From Parasitella parasitica NRRL 2501 (Eukaryota; Fungi; Mucoromycota): DNA of 64,000 nt. Shown one piece after another: positions 27,064 through 41,076 of the stretch. Below the pieces are notes generated by a model. It ran no database searches. It saw only the letters and a list, made by a program, of their open reading frames with translations, and had not been told where the DNA came from. The translations under genes and the position numbers were made by a program. Position 1 is the first letter of the stretch. The number at the start of each line of letters is the position of its first letter. The DNA is taken from NCBI GenBank assembly GCA_025201805.1, contig MU619262.1, positions 65,978-129,977 on the forward strand, written 5' to 3'.

Positions 27064-29684
27064 ATGAGCAGTACAGGCACTCATCTTGGGAATACACCGT
27101 TGAATCTAGCAAAGCTAAGAGATATTTCAAGAAGAGAATTGCCAGAAATACTGGATAAAGTAACGAGTACAAATCATGAGGAAAAACTGATGCTTTAACT
27201 AGTCATTCATAATTTTTTGCCAGGTTCGAGGAAAGAAAGGGCTCGTACTCGACCCTACATTAACAGGGCCATTAAGTTTGATAGCAGAGTTTACCTTGCT
27301 AAAAGTAAGTACGTTGAAACGCATAAAAGGGATAATTTCTAACTGATTATGTCTACAGGATCATGGTGTAGAAAAGATATACCATTTGGAATCTGATATC
27401 CTTGAAACAGAATGTCCCGGGTTGATTTATATTTGTAGACCAAAGCTGAAATACATGCGCTATATTGCTAGTGAAGTGCTATTCATTGTATTATCTAAAC
27501 TTATTATTATTGACTCTTGGATACATAGATCACATAAAGAATTTCTCAAACACATCCAAGGTTGATTGCTGGTTATTTTTTGTTCCTGAACGTACCATGG
27601 TTTGCGAACGAGTGCTAGAGGAAGAGGGCGTCAAAGGAGATATAACAATCGGTGATTACGCTATGGATTGGATACCATGTGAAGACGATTTGATTTCAAT
27701 GGAATTAGACGCATCCACATGGAAAGAAATCTATTTGGTATGAATTGCATTTGTGGCCATAGCCTTCAGAAATACCTACCGACATTATTTATACTAGGAC
27801 GGAGATCAAACATCTATTTATTATGCAGCAAAATCATTGATGCGACTTCAATCAATCTACGGCTTATTTCCTCGAATTATTGGCAAAGGAGATGGCGCCA
27901 AGGTATAACAATTGCCTTTAGTGAGGACAATATATTTAAGCCACTCTTTCCTATAGCAACTGGCGGATATGTTACTACGCATGAGAAGAGAACAGTCTGT
28001 AGTGGATGAAGTTTCTAGCTCGACAGCAGCTAAAACACCCTCTTTATTGAATACAACATCAAATCACATAGATCAGTTCATTATCATTGATCGAAACGTC
28101 GATCTTGTCACACCATTATGTACCGAACTCACTTACGAAGGATTGATTGATGAAACTATAGGCATTAAGCATTGTTTTGTGGAGTTGGATGCCAACCTTG
28201 TTAATCCTGCCCCACCCGCTGCAGCACAAAAAGGATCTAGTGCCCCGCAAGTCGCGACTCCACCTCCACCCCCTACTAATACTGCAACGCCAATGAAAAA
28301 GAAAAAATATGTGCTGAATTCTTCTGATAAGTTGTTTAGTCAATTGCGAGATCAAAATTTTGCAGTTGTTGGCGGTATGTTGAATAAGATTGCTAAAAGA
28401 ATTAATGAAAATTATGAGGTAAGATTACTTGGAATTGAAGAGAATGGTATTTACCATCCTATAGGAGAGACATCAAGCCAAGACCGTTGCCCAAATACGA
28501 GATTTTGTCGGTAGATTGGGAGAACTTCAACAAGAGCATCAGTCATTGAAAATTCGTATGGCTTTATTTATGATTCTATCTGTTTAGTCTGCTGATGTTC
28601 TTTAATAGATACTGGAATTGCTGAAGAGATTATTGGACATACAGTGACAGATGAATTCAATAAAGTGTTAGAAGTGCAGCAAAGTAAGAAAAACAAGTGT
28701 GTTGCACATAAATTAGTCTCGACTGACAATATATCTCTTCAATGCTATTAATAGATGTTGTTGCAGGCATTGATGGAAACAGAGAGCCGGAATACATTGA
28801 GGAAATGATCAATAAGCAAAAACCACTCGTTCAAGTATTACGTTTACTGTGTCTCATGTCATTAGCGCAAGGAGGGCTGAAACAAAAAATGTTTGATCAT
28901 TTTGAAAGAGAAATTGTTCAAGTGAGTCGAAAATGCATTCAAATCTAACATCAACTAACAGAATGATTCCAGGCATACGGTTATGAACACATTGAAACGT
29001 TACACCGACTGGAAAAACTTGGACTTTGGACAAAAAGAACAAATTCAGCAGCTTCCCGGAGCACATTTGCGCAATGTAGACGTATGCTACGTCTTATCGT
29101 TGATGATGTTGATGAGCTACATCCAAACGATATCTCATACGTATACTCTGGCTATGCCCCTTTGAGCATTCGGCTTGTTCAATCTGCGATGCAGAAGTTA
29201 GGGCAGGGGTCTATTCAGAATACAGGTAGTAGTGCTGCTAGTCTTTTCTCATATGTAGGCAGCAGTACAGCCAATTTCATTCGAGATAATGAAAAACCCA
29301 ATAACACAACTGCAAACGGTGGCTGGCGTGGATCGGAGGATATACTGAAATTATTACCCGGGCAGGCATTTGACATTAAGCAAACTGTTGAGTACGGAGC
29401 TGAAACGAATGCAGCAATGGCACGAGCAAAAAGACATGGACTCCAGCATGGTAAAACGACCATTATCTTCTTTTTAGGCGGCTGTACTCATACGGAAGTA
29501 TCGGCTGTTCGGTTTCTGGCTCAGCATGATGAAGGTAAATGAAGGCACAACTTGGGCAAAAAATGTCCGAATAACATATACTTACAAAACCCATCAAATA
29601 GGTCGAGATTACTTGGTTGCAACAACTCAAATCATCAATGGCAATAGCTTCTTGGCTCCAATCATTCAGCATAGACATGAGTAA
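27064..29684 (+). CDS. VPS33: Vacuolar protein sorting Vps33 (Sec1/Munc18 family), multi-exon
   Basis: [92 protein letters not shown]. Confidence 0.93.
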
Positions 29685-29768
29685 TTGTATATATAGAAAC
29701 TTGTCATTTTCATAATATAAGCTTCCTAATAATGCACAGATCTGTGTGATTGGCTCGGGTATCTAAGC

Positions 29769-29771
29769 AAA

Positions 29772-29838
<67 letters not shown>
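29769..29838. repeat. About 70-nt poly(dA) tract with one G, between VPS33 and the GATA gene
   Basis: Direct reading. Confidence 0.9.
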
Positions 29839-29840
<2 letters not shown>

Positions 29841-29911
29841 TCGTTATGGCAACAAATTTTTTAATTACTGTTGATTACATTTTCCTCTTTTCTACAAATC
29901 AAACAATATAT

Positions 29912-30337
29912 ATGGCACCACTTGTGTTGAAAATCAAAGGCAACAAGACGTTTTCTCCATTTTCTACACTTGCTTCCGAAGATGACCTTTCAAAAACATG
30001 GAGAGTTTGCTCAAAAGTCAAGGATTCTTTAGAGAATGGCTCTCGACTTGAAAATTTATCCTGGAGACTTTGGTTTCGTCAGCATCTATTAACAGAAAAA
30101 TCTAATCGAAAATCGTTTCGAAAATTATCACTTTCAACTGCAAGAAGACTGAGTGCAAACAAAAATTTACCCTTGGGTAAAATAACTGTAAAATCTGAGA
30201 CAATTTCTGACCAGCAGCAACCATGTCAACAACAGCAAATGATGCAACAACAACAGCAATTACAGCATCAACAAATGATGCAACAACAGCAGCAGCAATT
30301 GCAGCAACATTTACAGCATCGACAAATGATACAACAA

Positions 30338-30369
<32 letters not shown>

Positions 30370-32071
30370 AAGTATGGTTATGCCTGTGGAAGATCAGACA
30401 TTGCTTGATGCAAACTTTTTTGGCGGTACTGGCACAACCACATCTGTAGAAGCAAATGCCAATAGTTTTACACTACCTCAATTTACCTCAGATCAAAGCA
30501 GTGGAAAAGTAGTTGAACTAAGCGATATATTCAACGTACTCAATGATAATAGCTTCAATGGCAATAGTTTTAATGTTACTACTTGCACTGATATGGGCAT
30601 GGCTGATGGATGGGACTTTGGCTACCCATCACCTTCCAACCCTTATTATTCCCCATCCCAGCAAATCGATACTAGCAATAACCATGATACTAGCTCAACA
30701 AGCCCCAATTTACTGGGCTCTTTTGAGAACAGCTTGATGCGCTCCCAACAACAGCAGCCTCTTCAACCACAAATAATACCCCCAAATGAAGGTGATGCCA
30801 TGTATGTTTCCGGGTCTGCTATGCCACCACCCCCGACTGCTACTCTGAGAAATAAGATTTTAGGAACGATGCAACAACAACAAATGAGGTTTAACAGCTC
30901 AAGTCAAAAAATGAATAGCAATAATTACCAAACACCTCCCATGTCAGCTTCTTCCAGCGCATCCACAATGAATTCTGTTCAAATGGGCTCACTTATGGAT
31001 GACAATGCGATTGGCACAAACATGTAAGTTTGCCTTCCTTTATTAGCTGTATTATTGGATGTTAAAAGTTTGTATTTAGCATGAACCAATCTCAGTACAG
31101 CCGATATGCAGAATTCTCGGATAATCTCCAACAGAGGAGATTTTCAGCTTCTGCTCCGAATTCACCTCCATCGCACACTTATGGTTCATTTGAAGCTGCC
31201 AAACTCAAAAAGACCACTACATTAACTTCCTGCATGTCAAGCAGCTTGGATAATCAACCAAAGCCTGTATGTACGAACTGTGCTGCTACGAGTACTCCCC
31301 TTTGGAGAAGATCAGCAGAGGATGAGTTATTATGTAATGCGTGTGGGTTATAGTAAGTTTGAGCGTATGTAAAGGAATTGGATCATGATTTATTTATGAA
31401 TTGATTTTGTTAGCCAAAAATTGCATAATGCTCCTAGACCCAAGACATTAAAGCCTCATAATGCTAGAAAAGATGCAAGAGACGATGAGGTTTCACAGCT
31501 TGTGTGTTCAAATTGCTCAACAACAACTACACCTCTGTGGAGAAGAGATGATGAAGGTGCTCCTCTGTGTAACGCATGCGGTTTATAGTAAGTTGGTTTG
31601 CAGATGAGCGATGGTGTAAGAAGTAATGAACTGATTGTTTCTAGTCTTAAATTGCATCATGAGCGTCGACCTCTGTCTATGAAGACTGACATAATCAAAA
31701 AAAGGCAAAGATATGAAAGTAACACAGCTGCGGCCAATACACAAGGCAGAAAGAGTGGGAAGAAATCAAAGGGGGATATCCCCGGTTCGCCAGGATCACA
31801 GCAAGAAGATTTGTCGCCGTCTGCTGTCAACACACCTTCATACGAACCATCAACGTACATGGTTACACCTACTCTCGGTACACCTACACTAGGGTTTCCT
31901 AGTTACAGTCCACCTTTTGGCAGCAATAATTCTGCGAATAACAACAATACACCCTCACAACATTTTCAAGGAGGATACCACAACCAACAACAACAGCAGC
32001 AGTTATTTAATACTAGTCCTAGTTCAGCAAACTCTCCAACGGATGAGATAATTACCAACAATTATTTCTGA
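29912..32071 (+). CDS. GATA transcription factor with AreA-type N-terminal motif (DUF1752), poly-Q and two C-X2-C-X17-C-X2-C fingers
   Basis: [15 protein letters not shown]; [28 protein letters not shown]; [50 protein letters not shown]. Confidence 0.92.
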
Positions 32072-34123
32072 TTCCAACTTCTCTATTTATTATACATAGC
32101 TGCATTATTCCTGTATTATCTTACCCTCAGTAACTGCCAAATTTTTGCATATTATTATCTATATATTATATTTTCATCCCTTTTTGTCCAGAAAAGAAAA
32201 ACTTGTACTATACACGTCTTGCAAAAATCACTTCCTTCTCTCTTTTTAATAAACAGCAAATTAGTTTCCTAATAGTTGAAGGTAACCCATCTTGGCGCCC
32301 AAGTAAAACATTCAAGAAAGACGTAAAGTGCTTTGAATAACATTTATTGTCTACTATATTCCCAAGACACTGTGTTATTTACCTGTAGTAGACAAAAGCT
32401 TTTGAAACTGGCAGTGAGCAATTAGATTTCGACATACAAGCATCTTGTACTTGATTGGAATTATGTTACCTGACTAATTATTCACAAATGAATCAAGATT
32501 CACGCTCTTGATAATGGCTAGCACAGATGCTACCAAAGTGCCTTTTTCACAGCCCAAATTTCTTTATTGACATTCGAGAAAACACTGACTGATGCGAGCA
32601 GTTAATAAGAAAGTAATGGCCGTTATTGGACATTCAGAAATTGTGAAAAATGCTCTATCTTATATCTTCAAATAAAATACTACAATATATCTGCATACGC
32701 CAGTTTATCTAATGTACAATAATCAATTACTGCGTCAAATACCTCAAAATTATATTATTTATTCAAGAGAATGTATATATTGCATCATCAAGTGTTTAAC
32801 ATGGCCCGTTTCTGTCTATCAGAAACTTGCTTCTTTCGGTACAACAATAATATCGTTATGTAAGCACTGTAAGATGCATTACTGAGTGATCATCACGCTT
32901 TGTATTTACAAATGTGCTTATTTTCATAATTGTATTACATAGATTTTTTACTCTTTTTAATCAATTCAAGTGCTTAGAACCACATCAAATGATTGGAGTG
33001 GCTATTTGATTCATTTCTACCAAAAAAATACATTTGTTTAAAGTCGAATCAAAATTTTCGTTTTTTTCGTTCGTCAGATCTAGCATAAAGCACAAGATCT
33101 GAAATTCAATTTCGTCATACTCAACTACTACACATTTTTGTATAAAAGGTTAGCTGGTAATTGGATAGCATATGTTTCATAAAAGAAGATTCAACAGAAT
33201 AAAAGAATAAAGTTACGATAAGCCTGTCATGTTGAGATATTATTCATACTTTTTAAAGTAGCTCCAACCATCAAAAAAGTTTAATATCGCTGTAAATTGT
33301 TGGTTATTCACAATCATAGCAAGCATTCAATATGATAATATTCTTTCACAATTTTGGTAATTTAAGAGTCAACGTGAGCCCCCCCAAGATTCACAAACTC
33401 CATTTATTTGTAAAAGTGGTTTGATAGGCATATATAACAAATTATGCTATACGAGTTTGTATCAAGGAGCAGCTACATATACGGATATTCTATTCTACCG
33501 CCAATTGCACTTTGAAAACCGGAAACTCTTCCGGAAATTGAAGAATGTAAACGAGATAAAGCTTACAAGTTGACTGTGATCAGAGACAGCATGCAGCAGA
33601 AGAGACAAAACAGGTGCTTGATTTGCAATGGATAATAGTTCTATGTATCCAAAGGATAAAAAAAACTATGAATGCACTCCATGATAAAGAGTCGCATTAC
33701 ATAAAATGATTTTCCGTGAAATATCATGCTGGGCTGCATGATTTGCTTTGTATTGCTTTGGCTGTGCATAGAAACAGTTGTTACCCGTTTCAAAAACGCC
33801 GTATACACCTGACTTGCTATAAAGATTTGATCTGATTAATGCCAAAATGCAAGTTGTGTTGTACAGAAAATGAGGAGATTACTGTTCTGTAAATCTTTCT
33901 ACCGTTTTTAATATATTTGTATATCCCTTGGCCAAGAAAGTTTCAGATTGAGCTGATATCTAGATTGCCTTAAATTTTTTATATCAGATCTTATAATCAA
34001 GAAACAGAAAGATTAACCGAATCATTGACATATCTGAAAACAGTAAAATTATCCAAGTCAATTGAAACACCAAAGTAGGTGATACAGAAAAAGGAAAAAA
34101 AAAAAACTAAATCAATAAACACA

Positions 34124-34131
34124 TATATAAA
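34124..34131 (+). promoter_or_regulatory. TATA box upstream of the NRPS-like gene
   Basis: TATATAAA about 65 nt upstream of ATG 34193. Confidence 0.5.
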
Positions 34132-34192
34132 GGTCGGATTCTCGACTCTAGCATTTTTTTACAAACCATTCTTTATCATCCTCATATAGACA

Positions 34193-37100
34193 ATGTCAAC
34201 TTTAAATGCTCCCGCTGATGTAAATTTTGCTTTGGGCCAATCTGTTGCCCATCACTTCAAGGCATTCACGAATTATGTCAACCAGCAAACTAAAATGCAT
34301 GCTAACAAAGTGTTTGCTCGTTATGATTCCAATGGTGTATTCAAGACCTTAACCTACGCAGATATCGATCGTCTTTCTATTAACCTAGCGTGTAAATGGG
34401 CCAAAGATGCTCAAGGTACCGAAGTTGTTTCTTTCATTAGTGACCATTCTATCAATTACATGATCGTCATGCTGGCTATAATGAAGCTGCGTATTACCTT
34501 GCTCGCTATTTCTCCTCGTAACTCTGAAGCTGCTAATGTCAACTTGCTGGAAAAAACCCAATCCAAGCTTCTTATTGCTAATGCCAAGTATGAATCCATC
34601 GCAAAGAAGGCTGTTTCTCAAGTACCAGGTGTTAAGCTTATTACAATCCCTCCTCTTGATATTGAGACTATGGTTGAAGAACCTCTTGATCCTGATTACA
34701 AGCAAATCCTGAGCCTTGAATTCTCTGACGATGATATTTTGAAGCCTGCTTTGATTATCCACAGGTAATACATATATCTTTTGATTGCATTCATAGTAGG
34801 CTTACAAACCCGACAGTTCTGGCTCAACAGCTTTCCCCAAGCCCATCTATCTCAGTAACCGCTACCTGTTTAATGTCATGAACAATTTTGAACTTTTAGT
34901 CAATGCCAACGATAAATTAGAGAACTTGACTGATAAAGACGTTTTTCTTCCTGCGGTCCCTCTGTAAGTAATCTACTCTATAATTTGCTGTTCATTTACT
35001 AAATTATTTTTACCATAGCTTCCACATCTTTGGATTTTTCGGCTACTTTTCTGTTACGGCATTTGGAGGTTCCTGTGTTTTCTTGGAGCAGTACCCTCCC
35101 TCTCAAGCTGAAATCAGCAAAGCTCTAGAAGCTAACAACGTTACCATGATGGCTGCTCCTCCTCTTATCCTCGAACAAATGATCCCTTACCTCGAAGAAA
35201 CTCAGGATTTTAATGCTGTTCAAAAACTCAAATATGTCATATTTGGTGGCGCACCTCTGAAGCATCAATCGGGAGCCTGGCTTCAAGCTCATGGTATCAA
35301 TATTCGTAACATGTATGGAAGCACGGAAACTGGTGCCATCATGACCTCTGAATTCGATCGCAAAAGTAACAACTGGAGTTCTCTTCGTCTGTTCCGCAGA
35401 GATTCTCAGGGCATGCCTTATGGTACTTTTGAGGTTAATGATCAAAGCGAACCCAACATTAAGCATCTTTACATCCACGCTGACAGCCCTTCTCTGGCAA
35501 ACAATGTTTCCAATCGTGCAGATGGAGGCTATGACACTCAAGATCTGTTTATTGAAAATCCCAACTTTCCTGGCTATTTTGATTATTTGGGTCGCCGAGA
35601 TGATACGCTGATTATGGAGAATGGTGAAAAGACTAATCCTGTCCCTATGGAAGCTACTATCCGTCAAAGCCCCATGATTGAGCAAGTCGCCGTTCTTGGT
35701 CAAAGCCGTCAATGTACGGCTGCTTTGGTTCAACTGAACAGAGATTTTGCCGAGCGTTTTGGTCCCGAAGAAATCATTGCTGCTGTCCATGCTGCCGTCA
35801 AGGAAGCTAATCTTGAATGTCCTGGACACAGTAGACTCCTCCCTCAAATGGTCAAGATTTTACCTTTCAACAAGGTCTTGCCCTCCACCGATAAGGGTAC
35901 TGTAATGCGTAAGAAGGCCGAATCCACCTATCAAGATGCAGTTGATAAACTCTACAAAGAATTCTTGGAAGGTCCTACCTCCCACACAAAGACCAATGCC
36001 GGTGATGACACTTCTTCCTGGACTCCTGAGGAAACTGAAGATTTCCTGATTACTTGTGCTTCTGAAGTTTTGGATGTTGTTCGATCTACTTTTAAGGATC
36101 GTACTCAATCTGTATTCGACTTTGGTCTTAATTCACTCCTTGCCATCCAACTTCGAAACCGTATTGCCGAATATTTTGATGATGTCCCTCAAAACTTTCT
36201 GTTCCAGCATCCCAGTATTGAGTCTATGCGCCAAGCTCTTACGAGCGGTCAAGGAAAAGATATCTCGGAGCAAATTGAGAAGCGTTATCAGCAAACCCAA
36301 AGGTTAGCTGAATCTTATCTTAAAAAGGCCAAGGTCGATTTCCCTCGTGCCCGTAACCACTACAATGAAAGGAAAGGCAAGATCGTTCTCTTGACTGGTG
36401 TCACTGGCTCTCTTGGTTCCTTCATGTTGCGTGATTTGCTGCAAGATCCTACAGTTCAAAAGGTATACTGTTGTGTTCGTGGCAAAAACAATGAGCTGCA
36501 GAGTCGTCTCTACGAAGCTTTTGAATCTCGTTCTCTTGATACTTGTCTTTTAGACACTGAACGTGTTGAGGTCTTACCCATGCGTTTCAGCGAACCTTTC
36601 CTCGGCTTTACTGAGGAACGTTACTACCAACTCAAGGAAGAAATCACCATTGTTCAACACTGTGCTTGGTTGCTCAACTTTAACATGCCTGTGGATCATT
36701 TTGACAAGGAATGCATTCAGCCCTTCTACAATCTCTTGCAGTTTGCTTACAAGGAGGTGAACCCTATGCATGTCCATTTTATCTCTAGCATCTCTGCCAG
36801 CGCTGGTGCTGGTGCTGAAATCGATGAAGAACCTTTGCCCCTTGATGCCCACGTTTCCATGCCAATGGGTTACGCTCAATCCAAATTTGTTGTTGAAATC
36901 CTCTTTAACTATCTGACTTCTGAAAAGAACTTTCCCTGTTACATTGAACGTCTTGGCCAAGTCTGTGGCGACTCTGTTAATGGTGTGTGGAACGTGTCTG
37001 AACAATATCCCCTCATGTTTATCGGCGGCGGCTCTGTAATGCATAAAATGCCCAACTTGGATACTGTTATTGACTGGATCACTGTCGACTATGCTGCAGC

Positions 37101-37479
37101 TTCCATTGCTGATATCATGCTTCGTACAGCCTATCTTCCTGCCAATGCTGAACTGTCTATTTACCACATTGTCAACCCTCGTCTTGTCATGTGGTCCGAT
37201 GTCCTTACCGCTATGAAAAAGTCTGGTATGAAGTTCAACACTGTGGAGCCTTTCGAATGGGTGGAAGATCTTGCCAAGGATGACACTAACCCCGCTTTCC
37301 GCCTCATGTCGTTTTATGAGGATAATTTTAAGGGATCCTTCAATATGCCCATCTGGAAGACAGTAAAGACAAGCGCCCTTACTCCCATCATATCTCAGGC
37401 CCCTGTTCTTGATGCCGATTTGTTTAGTAAATTCCTGACTCGCTGGCAATCAGTTGGTTTCTATAACCCTGCCGTTTAA
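34193..37479 (+). CDS. NRPS-like A-T-R enzyme (adenylation, PP-binding, NAD(P)H-dependent thioester reductase; carboxylic-acid-reductase-like), 3 exons
   Basis: IIHSSGSTAFPKP (A3), YGSTETG, TQDLF, GRRDD..NGEKTNP, STDKG. T domain FDFGLNSL. R domain VLLTGVTGSLG and GYAQSK. Confidence 0.93.
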
Positions 37480-37747
37480 ACATTCCTTTCAACTAGCATA
37501 CAATCATCATCATTCAAATAAAGAATTATTTTAATTATTTTAACCTATATATATATCAAATAAATAAATAAATAAAGGCATTGTATTATATAACCGTTCT
37601 CGAAGAAATTATAACGAGCAAGGCTTTATTACAGCTGAAGAAAATAGGATACCATAAAAGAAGATTGGAGCAAATTTTTAATGTTATATATGAGTAAAAA
37701 TGATTTTTATGATACATTGAGTGAGGTTGATACAGTTGTGTAAAATT

Positions 37748-39504
37748 CTAGTTGAAATGCATTTTGAATTCGCCTCCACCGGGGAAGCCACCACTTCCAA
37801 ATGGAAAGCCGTTTTGAAAGGTGAATCCCCCCTGTCTCTGTTGAAAGGGGAAGCCACCGTAGCCTGGTGGTGGTCCTCCACCATTGCCTTGCTCCGGATC
37901 GTACGGGTCAAATCCATTATCATATTGTTGTCTCATATCTGCGTAGCTCAAATCATAAGTCAAACAGTTTATACTACTTGGATGTCCACTTACCAGCGTC
38001 ACTCAGCACTTCATACGCTTGATTGATCTCTGCCATCTTTTTCTCAACTTGCTCTTTATCAAGATCGCCACTGTATTTATCAGGATGCCACTCATGAGCC
38101 TTCTTACGATACGCCTTCTTGATTTCACGGCTGTCAGCATTCGGTGATACATCCAGCATCTTGTAATAATCCTTCTTTTTCGACAACTTCAGCTGCTGCT
38201 GTGCTTTTTGGAGTAAATGTCGTAGTCGCTGATCACGGCCATCGGATATTTCATTGGCCTTTTCCAGATCATTGACAGCATTTTCATATTCCTTTCTATT
38301 CAACAAAACCTCTCCGCGGTAGATCAAGGCGTCCACATCATCACCTTGGATTTCCAGCGCCTTCGAGCACCAAGACTCAATCTTTTCTTCATCCTTATCC
38401 TTTTGTTCGCCATGTAACTTACAAGCCATTTGGTAGCATTTGAGATGCAAGCGTTTAGGCAATTCATCCACCTTCAATTCTTGCTTTAATGCTTCAAAAT
38501 CGGCGTCAACTTCTGAAAGAATACCTTGGCGATTAGGTGTCCCAATAAGACGGTTAGATGCAGTTGCATATTTCTTCAGCTCGATGTCCTTTTCGATGGA
38601 TGTAATGTCTTTGCTCAGTTTCTTCATTTTCTTGAATAATTGCTTGCACTGCTTTTGTTCGGGATCGTAATAAAGACATTGTTTGATGTGGGTTAATGCG
38701 CCCTGAGGTTCATAAAGCGAATAAAAGTTGATCTTGGATAAAAGCATAAGAATGTTGGGATCAGAAGGGTTGAGCTGTGCTACTCGGGCAAAATCTCCAG
38801 CGGCCTCATCGATTTCACCTTTTGCAACATGGCACTGAGCTCTCAAGACACGAGCCTTGGGAAACAAGGGCGCTACACGTGAAACTGAAGTTGCGAGACT
38901 GATGCAGTTATCGTAATTCCCTTTCTCCATTTCCACGCTGGCTTGTTTTATTGCGCTTTCGGCCATGTTTACTGTATTGAGCTGTGTAAAGCAAAAACGA
39001 AAATTAGCATGAACTTGCCATACAAAAAAACTTGTCTCCTCATACCAAATTTCCGGCTTCTTTATGATCAGGGTGGTTGGCCATGAAACCCTTTATATCT
39101 GCAATGGCCAGTATAAACTGTCCTTCTTTGGCATAGATTCGAGCTCTTTCCATCAAAGCCTTATCAAAATCAGGCTTCAAGCTCAAAATTGTCGTAAAAT
39201 CATCGGTGGCAGCACTGTTGCGGCCTAAAGAAAGGTAGGCAGCTGCTCTTTTAAAGTAGGTAAGGTAGTTGTCTGGTTCTTGGCCTGTATATAAAAGCAT
39301 GTATGAGTGATGTTTCGCTTTTGTAATGGCATTTTTACACTTACGAATAGCTGCATCAAAGCTAATTAAAGCGTCGTTGAATTTTCCACTTGTCAAAAGC
39401 TCATTCCCCTCAGACAAATGTTGCTGAATGGTTTTATCCCCGAGTACAGAATATGAAAATAGGAACGGAAGCACACAGGCAATAAGGTAGCGATGATGTC
39501 TCAT
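37748..39504 (-). CDS. DNAJC3: ER TPR-containing DnaJ co-chaperone (P58IPK/DNAJC3/Jem1-like)
   Basis: Signal peptide, TPR repeats, J-domain KDYYKMLDV..KAYRKKAHEWHPDK, C-terminal FDPYDPE and G/F-rich tail. Confidence 0.92.
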
Positions 39505-40572
39505 TGTGTAGAATATAAAAAAGAGAGGAGGAAAAAAAAGGAAGAGTGCTGCTCTGAGTAGTGGTATTTTATATCAGGCAGGTCTTTATGTGTATTTTTT
39601 TGATTGGTTTAGTTTGTGATACTCGATCACTTTCTCGCACGAAGTGTGACGCTACCAATGTGTCCCAACGTAAGTATGTGTTCTCTCTTTTATCTTATTG
39701 TTTCTAGAAGATACCAGCAAACAGAATGCCGAGACAAACCGCAGATCCTTTGAATAACTTATTAGCAAATATTCGATCAGAGCTGGAAAATGCAGACATG
39801 CTTGGCTCGTATGCAGAGCGTACGATCGATTTCTTCAATGCAGTAGTGTGGCAAGACATTTGTATTCATTAAGTGAAAATTAAATGCGTTGCATACGTAG
39901 GTAGACTGGACCCAGCCTTGGATAATGTGCATCATGGTATTCCATCTAACTTGCTTTATGTTTGCAGTGGGATTGAGGAACAAGCATAATGCGCTATCCG
40001 TTTACTTGTTCATCCTGTGCAAGTATAAATCAACATGAGTCGCCAAAGCAGCACAAGGCTAATGCATATGTTGTATAGTGGGATTGGCCGCATTGACTCA
40101 GCCTTTGAATAATCTCGGAATGAAACACTGGAAATCGTTCTCAAAGCAGCCCTATTTTGACGCATCTGGTATATTCATCGTGTCTGCATACTCGTTCCCG
40201 TTACTTTTTAATGGGTTTGTTACACTGGTAAATTAAATTTTATATTATCCTAGAATGTTATTTTTGATCCATCAATGTTGATTTTATAGGTATTCGTCCT
40301 CAGAGCAACAGTTTCCGCATTAATCAATGCAAAAAGAGGCCAATTGCAGCAAAAGATAAACAAATCAAAGCAGCAATCCCTACAAAAAGCAAAAAAAAAG
40401 GAATAAATCTGCTAGAAAACAGCAAACTATTTCGTATGCATTTTATATCGAATGCAGTAAATTAAAATTTTGTATTAATCATAAATTTGATTTGTACCAC
40501 ACGAAATTGTATAAATATTCAACATTTGATACTAGTAATTTTTGCAACATCAAACCTCTTCCGTTCCTTTAA

Positions 40573-41076
40573 ATGTTTTCCTTTCATATCGCTTTACTCT
40601 CGCTGGCCATTGTGTTGAGCAGCTTCACGTTGCAAGTCTCCGCCACTTCTGCTAAAAGTGCAAAGACTATTCTCAAGTTGCACAATAAACTTCGTGCGAA
40701 ACACCATTCGCCTGCTGTCAAATGGGACACTAAATTAGCTACCTATGCTCAAAAGTGGAGCAACAAGTGTGAATTCAAGCACAGTAGTGGCTCCTATGGG
40801 GAGAACTTGGCCTTGGGCTACCCCTCTTGGACAACTGTTATCAACGGTTGGTATAACGAAGTCAAGCAATACAATTACAAAAACCCTGGTGTCTCTGGTC
40901 AAACCGATCATTTTACTGCTATTGTTTGGAAGTCGACCACCAAGATTGGCTGTGGCGTCAAGACCTGCAATAACCGCGGCAAAGCTTACAAGTTATATAC
41001 CTGTTCGTACGCTCCTTTTGGTAACATTGTTGGCAATAATAACCAATACTTTGTTCAAAATGTACTTGAACCCTGA
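40573..41076 (+). CDS. Secreted CAP/SCP/PR-1 (Pry-like) protein, intronless
   Basis: Signal peptide, ILKLHNKLRAKH, YGENLALG, WYNEVKQY, HFTAIVWKSTTKIGCG, CSYAPFGN. Confidence 0.92.
   Translation: MFSFHIALLSLAIVLSSFTLQVSATSAKSAKTILKLHNKLRAKHHSPAVKWDTKLATYAQKWSNKCEFKHSSGSYGENLALGYPSWTTVINGWYNEVKQYNYKNPGVSGQTDHFTAIVWKSTTKIGCGVKTCNNRGKAYKLYTCSYAPFGNIVGNNNQYFVQNVLEP

Noticed and set aside
29750-29911. Poly-Lys N-terminal extension of the GATA ORF
   Set aside because: Artefact of translating the poly(A) tract from a TTG start. The plausible start is ATG 29912 ([10 protein letters not shown]).
29912-32071. Calling the two-finger GATA factor SreA/Sre1
   Set aside because: It lacks the Cys-rich inter-finger iron-sensing region and has an AreA-type N-terminal motif.
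35125-37449. Long antisense ORFs (240 and 291 aa) opposite the NRPS-like gene
   Set aside because: Shadow ORFs expected from the strong codon bias of the sense gene; no motifs.
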